IMG/VR virus record: IMGVR_UViG_3300044535_000365
Direction: 5' to 3' (one strand)
DNA length: 20,000 bases
Source: an uncultured virus (IMG/VR IMGVR_UViG_3300044535_000365)
Taxonomy: Duplodnaviria; Heunggongvirae; Uroviricota; Caudoviricetes
The notes beneath the pieces were generated by a model, which worked only from the letters and a program-made list of their open reading frames with translations, was not told the DNA's origin and did not search any database. Every line of letters starts with the position of its first letter. Position 1 is the stretch's first letter. Shown here one piece after another: positions 8,901 through 14,099 of this stretch. The translations under genes were made by a program, and so were the position numbers.

Positions 8901-10347
8901 TGTAAAAATCATTGAACACCTTTCTATAGTAAACTTTGTTAAAGACAGAAAAGCAAAAGCTACTCAATGTCAACATGATATTGTATTGATAGATCATGGA
9001 AATAAAGAAGCTAATCAAGTTGCAGAATTTTTAGCACTAAAAACTAATTTAGATACAACACTAAAAACTAATTTAGATACAACACTAAAAGCTAATTTAA
9101 CTACGATAAAATACGACGGTAGTTATTTAAGAACTTTTAAAAACTTGTTAACTAATATGATTACAAAGAAAGAACATTATCTTTGGTTGTGCAGTTCAGT
9201 ATGTGATTACACTAACTTTGACTTTACATATATCAGTGATCCTTTTGCACGAGATCAGCTACATGTGTTCCCTAGCGAAAAACAAAAGTTCGGTGATACA
9301 TTCTTATTAGATGTAAACAAAACAAAACTACAATTAGAAAGTATTGCAAGTTTAGAAGATTACGAAAAGATAAACTTCAATCAAACTATGCGAGTTGATC
9401 GTTTGCTAGAACCAATTATTATCGTTCATGATGACACACATGCAACTGCTATACCCACAGAGTTTGACTTTCCATATGTAACAATGATTAGCAGCACAGA
9501 TGAAAATATTCAAACTTTAAACGATGAACCAATGAATCTTTGGTCACCTAGAACTAAAACAATTATAGTTGCTAGCGAAGGTGCTACAAAAATTATAGTG
9601 CCTCAAGAAGCCAAAGAGTATGTAAAAAGAGAGTTGTACGATTATCCATATATCAAAAAAGTAGATCGTATAGCAAAGTCTAAGCCTATTGATATCGTAT
9701 TCTTGAGCAATGGAGAACAAGATGCTGAAGAAAACTACGAGCACTTGCTAAAAGTAACTCACAAACTTTCTAATCGTGTAGTAAGAGTAGATGGTATAAA
9801 TGGTAGAGTACAAGCTTATCATGCTGCACTAGAAGCAAGTAACACTCCATGGGCGTTTACAGTTTTCGCCAAGCTAAAAGTAAATGACAAGTTTGATTGG
9901 GCATGGCAACCCGATAGAATGCAAGTTGCTAAGCATTATATCTTTTATGCTGAAAACCCGGTGAATGGTTTAGTCTATGGTCACCAAGCAATGATTGCTT
10001 ATCAAAAGTCATTGGTACTAAACAATATAGGTAAAGGCTTAGACTTTACACTAGACGATGAACACGAAGTAGTAGAAGAAATATCAGGTACGGCTATGTT
10101 TAACACTGATGCGTTTGCTACTTGGCGTACTGCGTTTAGAGAAGTAATAAAACTAAAAGCCGCTACTGACTCAATCAGCAAGCAGCGTTTAGATACTTGG
10201 CTAACAAAAGCTGAAGGCAACTTTGCTGACTACTGTTTGAAAGGTGCAAAAGACGCTAGCGACTATTATAATGAAGTTGAGGGTGAGTTTAACAAACTAA
10301 AACTAAGCTACGAATGGGCATGGTTAAAAGCTAGATTTGATAACTAG
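5974..10347 (+). CDS. 1457-aa repeat protein with C-terminal glycosyltransferase (GT-A)-like modules
   Basis: Uninterrupted ORF with 67-aa repeats. C-terminal DIVFLSNGE.DAEENY...RVDGING...YHAA and AWRTAFRE-like segments resemble phage GT2-like proteins. Confidence 0.8.
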   Translation: MIRDVFYYNKKPNVHPREKFAESLEDARQQATTEHFWIINEYGDYKNFDWDWDFEFLPDEDVWAQDHNNVWPSQHQKDSGTWLCPKDHKGYTVYRADVDPVNRKNEITECWKVLDDIDQTKFDFSWHPDPTDPPYIYVWGNKWVSAELKSTIEYHVEGATDVKFMTRLVELVEQKSRWKELELIDKNKFDFTWRPDPTEPPFIYKWGCKYFPVEEKHVLEYHVPDATEIKYMDQVIELLPEWDRWKELELIDKSTFDFTWRPDPTEPSFIYKWGCKYFPVEEKHVLEYHVPDATEIKYMDQVINLVPEWDRWKEIELIDKTKFDFTWRPDPKEPPFIYKWASKYYSMFERHVLEYHAPGATEVKYMDEVVELESQWDRWKEIELIDKTKFDFTWRPDLHEPPFIYKWGCKYFPVEEKHVLEYRVPDATEIKYMDQVIELLPEWDRWKINYSIDKSTFDFSWRPDPKDPPYIYVFGNKQYSAEKMPTVEYYCAGANQIKYMDQVIELLPEWDRWKELELIDKSTFDFSWHPEPTEPPFIYRWGCKYFPVEEKHVLEYHVPDATDIKFMDELVELVPEWDRWKELELVDKNKFDFTWRPDPKEPPFIYKWGCKYFPVEEKHVLEYRVPEATEIKFMDELVELFPEWDKWKIIHPVNKNKFDFTWRPDPKEPPYIYVFGNKQYSAEKMPTIEYHVSEATERKYIDDIKAILMPNFNNWQIPSDFDKDTFDFTWHPDPHSPSYIYQFGSIADKNDGPRYVTPDNTGDIVYLEIGIQVKKYQIETTLDNLVKQHSTEVFWATRKNINYQDFDFTWRPDLVDGSWESTYVSVFGSVDSELTHTYFVNAKSYIRGNTQLKFIETTGLDEKALSKLFVKPDMFFVDRYNQNATSKYEQLKERFPTIQKVRYISSWVDTINRCANKATTELFWILDSELDYTNFDFNYYPNPWQMKMLTVFGTQWSRWGTTFLVNKETFPEDTKYVKIIEHLSIVNFVKDRKAKATQCQHDIVLIDHGNKEANQVAEFLALKTNLDTTLKTNLDTTLKANLTTIKYDGSYLRTFKNLLTNMITKKEHYLWLCSSVCDYTNFDFTYISDPFARDQLHVFPSEKQKFGDTFLLDVNKTKLQLESIASLEDYEKINFNQTMRVDRLLEPIIIVHDDTHATAIPTEFDFPYVTMISSTDENIQTLNDEPMNLWSPRTKTIIVASEGATKIIVPQEAKEYVKRELYDYPYIKKVDRIAKSKPIDIVFLSNGEQDAEENYEHLLKVTHKLSNRVVRVDGINGRVQAYHAALEASNTPWAFTVFAKLKVNDKFDWAWQPDRMQVAKHYIFYAENPVNGLVYGHQAMIAYQKSLVLNNIGKGLDFTLDDEHEVVEEISGTAMFNTDAFATWRTAFREVIKLKAATDSISKQRLDTWLTKAEGNFADYCLKGAKDASDYYNEVEGEFNKLKLSYEWAWLKARFDN
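6304..8115 (+). repeat. Nine tandem 201-bp (67-aa) coding repeats, followed by a degenerate tenth
   Basis: The Trp codon opening each unit falls at 6304, 6505, 6706, 6907, 7108, 7309, 7510, 7711 and 7912 (exact 201 spacing), then 8116. Consensus WKELELIDKxKFDFTWRPDPxEPPFIYKWGCKYFPVEEKHVLEYHVPDATEIKYMDQVIELLPEWDR. Confidence 0.95.
9037..9099 (+). repeat. 24-bp in-frame tandem duplication (LKTNLDTT x2 plus a partial copy)
   Basis: CTAAAAACTAATTTAGATACAACA is exact at 9037-9060 and 9061-9084; partial CTAAAAGCTAATTTA at 9085-9099. Confidence 0.95.
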
Positions 10348-10377
10348 CATTTTGGGTAAATTCACCCTAAAAATGTC

Positions 10378-10406
10378 TTGCTATTTCTACAATATATTGT
10401 TACTAT
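10378..10406 (+). promoter_or_regulatory. Sigma70-type promoter for the small-ORF/tmRNA region
   Basis: TTGCTA (10378-10383), 17 nt, then TACTAT (10401-10406) with an extended TG. The spacer holds the perfect palindrome ACAATATATTGT (10389-10400). Confidence 0.6.
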
Positions 10407-10525
10407 GCGTATCACTTTGATAAATAGTGTGCGAAAGAGTAACAGTTACTCTTTTCGTTAGTTACAGCATGGTGTTGTAACTAATTCAATTTTAAATAAC
10501 CTCATAAAGGAAAAGGAACAAAAAA

Positions 10526-10678
10526 ATGTCTTTCACAAGAAGAATCAAGTACGGCAATGTAATGGCTACAAGAAAACTTAAAAAGAGTGTATCACTTGAG
10601 CGAATAGAAATGGTTTTATTTCTATGCGTGGCAACGGTTTCGATGTTTGCAATGAATGTAGCAATTACGAGCATGTAA
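10526..10678 (+). CDS. 50-aa small protein with a basic N-terminus and hydrophobic (probably membrane) C-terminus
   Basis: MSFTRRIKYGNVMATRKLKKSVSLERIEMVLFLCVATVSMFAMNVAITSM*. AAGGA SD upstream; TAATG coupling to the next ORF. Not in the ORF track. Confidence 0.65.
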   Translation: MSFTRRIKYGNVMATRKLKKSVSLERIEMVLFLCVATVSMFAMNVAITSM

Positions 10679-10833
10679 TGATTGTTAACTTACCTGGATA
10701 TCACTCCAAAAGTATTGACACATGCAAGTGGGTAGTAGATAATTTCAGTAATAAGATCAGTGAAAATGAAACTATCAAAGCTTGGGTAGAAGCTTCTAAC
10801 GAAGTTCTAGAGGCTTCTCAACCAGCTAAATAG
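10678..10833 (+). CDS. 51-aa hypothetical protein
   Basis: MIVNLPGYHSKS...SQPAK*. The start at the TAATG overlap is more plausible than the track start at 10624. Confidence 0.55.
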   Translation: MIVNLPGYHSKSIDTCKWVVDNFSNKISENETIKAWVEASNEVLEASQPAK

Positions 10834-10850
10834 AATAATAAGGGAGTTTT

Positions 10851-11012
10851 ATGATATTATGTATCTGTAATAACATTAGAGAACAAGATATCAAAAGACA
10901 ACCTGAGTTAGCAAAACTAATTGGAAGTTGTTGTGGTAGATGCTTGATAAAACAAGCTGATACTAAAACATCAAGCAGCTTTTATGACGCTGCTAAAAAA
11001 GAAATTCGTTGA
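10851..11012 (+). CDS. Bfd-like (bacterioferritin-associated ferredoxin-like) [2Fe-2S] protein, 53 aa
   Basis: MILCICNNIREQDIKRQPELAKLIGSCCGRCLIKQADTKTSSSFYDAAKKEIR*: CxC near the N-terminus plus G.xCGxC as in Bfd. SD AGGGAG at 10841-10846. Below the ORF-track cutoff. Confidence 0.75.
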   Translation: MILCICNNIREQDIKRQPELAKLIGSCCGRCLIKQADTKTSSSFYDAAKKEIR

Positions 11013-11340
11013 AGCATGAGATAGGAAGTTTGTACCCGGGTTCGAACCCCGGCATCTCCACCAAAAGAGTATTACATCGTTCCGCCTGTTGACCGCGATG
11101 GTAAATTACTGAAAGGGGATTAGGTAGTTCTTTATAGTACTCTTTTGATGGGGATGATTTGGATTCGCCAAACAACTGAAGGTATGTGGAGAATAGGTGA
11201 ACGCAGAACACCTTTAAGGACTGGGAGTTTCTCGGTTAAAGAAGCAAAAAAGTAAACGCAAACGATGAGTTCGCACTTGAAGATATTCGCCTAGCGGCGT
11301 AAGCTTCACGGGGCTGGTTACCTTGTTATCAAACAACTAA
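11010..11340 (+). ncRNA. ssrA: Circularly permuted two-piece tmRNA (acceptor piece ~11010-11063, intervening segment 11064-11149, coding piece 11150-~11340)
   Basis: T-arm CCGGG-TTCGAAC-CCCGG (11036-11052), then CATCTCC-A-CCA (11053-11063), precedes GGGGATG (11150-11156). These form a 7-bp acceptor stem with G3.U70. D-loop GGATTCG; P2 CAAAC/GTTTG; pk1-like element; resume context TAAAC-GCA; tag ORF 11258-11302 ANDEFALEDIRLAA*. The outer ends are approximate. Confidence 0.95.
11258..11302 (+). other. tmRNA tag reading frame, (A)ANDEFALEDIRLAA
   Basis: GCA AAC GAT GAG TTC GCA CTT GAA GAT ATT CGC CTA GCG GCG TAA; canonical AND start and LAA C-terminal ClpXP degron. Confidence 0.93.
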
Positions 11341-11370
11341 GAGGGGAGCTTTATGCTCCCTTTCTTTTTA
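11340..11370 (+). terminator. Rho-independent terminator after tmRNA
   Basis: GGGAGC-TTTAT-GCTCCC hairpin (11344-11360) followed by TTTCTTTTT. Confidence 0.85.
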
Positions 11371-11388
11371 TCTATACTAAATAGTAGT

Positions 11389-12474
11389 ATGGTATTAATA
11401 ACAGAATTAACAGATTTCAGTCTATCAGATGCAGTTAAGTTTCACGATGAACTTAACCCTGCTCTTTGGAACGATGACCAATTAGATCCAGAAGTTAGAG
11501 AACAACTAATAGTAATAGCAAAAGATTTCTTACAAGAACTTGGTGTTAGTCAATTAGATGTAGATGATATTACGATATCGGGGTCTAACGCAGCATTTAG
11601 CTATACACCGCATTCTGATTTAGATTTACACATTTTAGTTGATTTTAGCAATCTATCCAATGATGAAGTTTATCAAGAACTTTTTACTGCTAAAAAAACA
11701 TTGTATAACGATTCTCATGATATTACTGTTCATGGTGTTCCTGTAGAATTATATGTACAAGATGTAAAGAAACCAGTGCGGTCATTAGGCGAATATAGTG
11801 TATTGAATAACGAATGGATACACTTTCCTAAGAAAAGCAAAGCTAATCTAGATCATAAAGAAACTAAAGCTAAATTTGAAAAGTTGGCTAAGCTAATAGA
11901 ATTAACACTTAAATCAAAAGACTTAGATAAAGTAAATGATGCGATATCTTTAGTAAAACGCTATCGGCAAGCAGGATTAGACAAAGGTGGAGAATTTTCA
12001 CCTGAAAACTTGTCATATAAAGCATTAAGAACACAAGGTGGCATTACTGCATTATACTCATTAAGAGATAAACTACATAGTAAGTCTCTTAGTATAGAAG
12101 AAGCTGATCAGTTAGACAAACCCACATTAACAGTACACGAACTAGCAAAAAAGCATTCAGTACCTGTTAACCAACTAATACAACAATTGAACAAAGGAAT
12201 ACGAGTTGAGTTAGAACATACTACCAATAAACAAGTAGCTAAAGAAATCGCGTTAGATCATTTAAAAGAATTTCCTAACTACTATGATAGATTAGCTAAA
12301 GCCGAAACAAATGAGTCTGCATCAGGTTACATTCCAAGTGAAAAAGAAAAAAATGATCCAAGGTTTAAAACAGCCTTGACAGTGGATATAAAACCTGATA
12401 CACTTAGAAAGAACGCTAAAGCTTTTGGATTTAAAGTATCACGCGCTGGCATTCCTCCACTACTAAGAAAGTAA
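11389..12474 (+). CDS. Pol-beta superfamily nucleotidyltransferase fused to a C-terminal DUF5661-like domain
   Basis: GSNAAFSYTPHSDLDLH (GS...DxD) with a probable third acidic residue in VELY; C-terminal GIRVELEHT...AKEIALDHL.E.PNYY.RL. The track start at 11353 lies inside the terminator, so ATG 11389 is preferred. Confidence 0.75.
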   Translation: MVLITELTDFSLSDAVKFHDELNPALWNDDQLDPEVREQLIVIAKDFLQELGVSQLDVDDITISGSNAAFSYTPHSDLDLHILVDFSNLSNDEVYQELFTAKKTLYNDSHDITVHGVPVELYVQDVKKPVRSLGEYSVLNNEWIHFPKKSKANLDHKETKAKFEKLAKLIELTLKSKDLDKVNDAISLVKRYRQAGLDKGGEFSPENLSYKALRTQGGITALYSLRDKLHSKSLSIEEADQLDKPTLTVHELAKKHSVPVNQLIQQLNKGIRVELEHTTNKQVAKEIALDHLKEFPNYYDRLAKAETNESASGYIPSEKEKNDPRFKTALTVDIKPDTLRKNAKAFGFKVSRAGIPPLLRK

Positions 12475-12476
12475 AC

Positions 12477-12932
12477 ATGAAAACTATATTGATTATGGGA
12501 CTCCCGGGATCAGGAAAAACATTTTTGGCTGCTGCTCTAAAGAAAGCATTAGAAGATAAACAGTATCAAGTTGAATGGTTTAACGCTGATCAAGTAAGAG
12601 AACAGTTTAACGATTGGGACTTTACCCCAATTGGTAGACACAGACAAATGAATAGGATGAAGCTATTAGCTGACAAAGCCAAAAGAAATGGATCTTATGT
12701 AATTTGTGACTTTGTGTGTCCAACTAAACAGTTACGCACAGATTTTAATGCTGACTTTATAGTTTGGATGGACACGATTGATGAAGGAAGATTTGAAGAT
12801 ACTAATCAAGTATTTGAAAGGCTTGACAACACAGAATATAATGCTATCATACCCGAGTATGAATGGTGGAACACACTACACGCCAAAGACTGGGCTGAAG
12901 AAATTATTAGGCGCTTGAATACTAATGACTGA
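12477..12932 (+). CDS. Adenylylsulfate kinase-like P-loop kinase
   Basis: MGLPGSGKT Walker A, NADQVR, DWDF...GR.RQ and CDFVCP motifs. Confidence 0.8.
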   Translation: MKTILIMGLPGSGKTFLAAALKKALEDKQYQVEWFNADQVREQFNDWDFTPIGRHRQMNRMKLLADKAKRNGSYVICDFVCPTKQLRTDFNADFIVWMDTIDEGRFEDTNQVFERLDNTEYNAIIPEYEWWNTLHAKDWAEEIIRRLNTND

Positions 12933-13182
12933 ATTTACAACCGCAGTAGAAGCACAAAAACTTGTAGATGCTCTTTCCAAACGACTGAAAGAGCTAAACT
13001 ACAACCCAGACTTAAAAAAGATGATCAAGAACCTAGATCACTTAGTAACCGAATTATCCAAAGCTGAAGTAGTTGCTAGAACCAACCGATCTCCCGGTAT
13101 TGCTCAAAGACCTAAGGAAGAGCTAGCCAAAGCTATTGATTATGCTGACAAAATGCTCTTATTAGCTATACTTTGTCAATAA
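12925..13182 (+). CDS. Hypothetical helical protein
   Basis: 85-aa ORF overlapping the upstream stop. Confidence 0.7.
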   Translation: MTEFTTAVEAQKLVDALSKRLKELNYNPDLKKMIKNLDHLVTELSKAEVVARTNRSPGIAQRPKEELAKAIDYADKMLLLAILCQ

Positions 13183-13214
13183 AATCAACAACTTAGTAAC
13201 CTATTGATTTTATT
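13178..13214. promoter_or_regulatory. Inverted pair of IHF-consensus sites
   Basis: AATCAACAACTTA (13183-13195) and the reverse complement of TAACCTATTGATT (13197-13209) both match WATCAANNNNTTR; 11-bp perfect outer arms. Confidence 0.6.
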
Positions 13215-13249
13215 AAAGAAAATATTTTAAACTATTTCTACCCAAAGGC

Positions 13250-13277
13250 TTGACATTCTGCCCAATTGTGCTATACT
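13250..13277 (+). promoter_or_regulatory. Sigma70-type early promoter
   Basis: TTGACA, 16 nt, then TATACT with an extended TG; SD AGGAG before ATG 13312. Confidence 0.85.
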
Positions 13278-13311
13278 AATCATACAGTCAACAAACAGGA
13301 GCTAAAGTAAT

Positions 13312-13644
13312 ATGTCAATTCAAATGCTTGAAACTGAACACAAAAGCGCAGGTCGTTATGCTTTCTTTGCTGCTCGTGATGCTGCTTTCAAAAGCGCCGT
13401 CAATGCTTCACGTTTTTCTAATCAACTCAAGCTTAAAGCTGAGCGTATGAAGCTTGTACTTGAAATGATCTATGCAAGTGATGAAGTTACAATCACTTAC
13501 TGCAAAAAGTGGGCCCGCGTAAAAGTACACAATGCGCGACCCCGTGATCGCAAGCTGATCAAAGAATGGGAATCTAATTGGGCCCAAGACAGTATTGTAA
13601 AAGCTGTTACTGATCAGGGTATCATTTATCGCGTAGCTGAATAA
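13312..13644 (+). CDS. Hypothetical early phage protein
   Basis: 110-aa ORF with its own promoter and SD. Confidence 0.8.
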   Translation: MSIQMLETEHKSAGRYAFFAARDAAFKSAVNASRFSNQLKLKAERMKLVLEMIYASDEVTITYCKKWARVKVHNARPRDRKLIKEWESNWAQDSIVKAVTDQGIIYRVAE

Positions 13645-13650
13645 AAAGGC

Positions 13651-13678
13651 TTGACTTCTTACCCAAATCTGCTATACT
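13651..13678 (+). promoter_or_regulatory. Sigma70-type early promoter (near-copy of the 13250 module)
   Basis: TTGACT, 16 nt, then TATACT with an extended TG, followed by CATACAGT...AAACAGGAGC as in the upstream copy. Confidence 0.85.
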
Positions 13679-13711
13679 AACATCATACAGTAAATAAACA
13701 GGAGCTTGAAA

Positions 13712-13981
13712 ATGAACTCAGTAAAAGAAATTCGCAGTGCAATTATCAATAGTAATTTGACTAATGATGACATTAACGACCTTGCTCAAGCTATCAATTA
13801 TGCTAGAGCCCAACTGCGCACTCAAGTAAAGCGGTCTTTAATTGTAGGTGACACTGTTTCGTTTAAAGATCGGCATGGTGTTTATGTTGGTACACTGACT
13901 AAGGTAGCAATCAAGTTTGCTACTGTCAAAACTAATCAAGGTAACTGGCGTGTTCCCATGAACATGTTGGAAGCTGTATAA
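13712..13981 (+). CDS. Hypothetical protein, helical N-terminus plus SH3/KOW-like C-terminus
   Basis: VGDTVSF...G.LTKV...ATVKT..G.WRVP beta pattern. ATG 13712 is properly spaced from AGGAG; TTG 13706 is too close. Confidence 0.75.
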   Translation: MNSVKEIRSAIINSNLTNDDINDLAQAINYARAQLRTQVKRSLIVGDTVSFKDRHGVYVGTLTKVAIKFATVKTNQGNWRVPMNMLEAV

Positions 13982-14021
13982 CAACATCGTCTAAATGATT
14001 ACCCAAATAATGCGAAAGTAG

Positions 14022-14050
14022 TTGACATTAGTTAGTTACTTTCGTAAACT
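14022..14050 (+). promoter_or_regulatory. Sigma70-type promoter for the AAA ATPase
   Basis: TTGACA, 17 nt, then TAAACT; SD AGGAG at 14090-14094. Confidence 0.7.
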
Positions 14051-14099
14051 ATAACTTCTCGCAATACTTTATTTTGTAATATAACAATTAGGAGCATTT

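Noticed and set aside
10492..10674. Minus-strand 60-aa ORF
   Set aside because: Antisense to a plus-strand ORF that has an SD and translational coupling; all supported genes here are on plus.
11033..11063. Stand-alone tRNA or attP-type tRNA 3' fragment
   Set aside because: There is no upstream D/anticodon arm or 5' acceptor strand. The complementary strand lies downstream at 11150 with a tag ORF, and no integrase is nearby.
11064..11149. Group I intron within tmRNA
   Set aside because: Too short, and located between CCA and the 5' G rather than in the T-loop, which is the permutation linker position.
10993..11211. Minus-strand 72-aa ORF
   Set aside because: Antisense shadow of the tmRNA, with no protein-like features.
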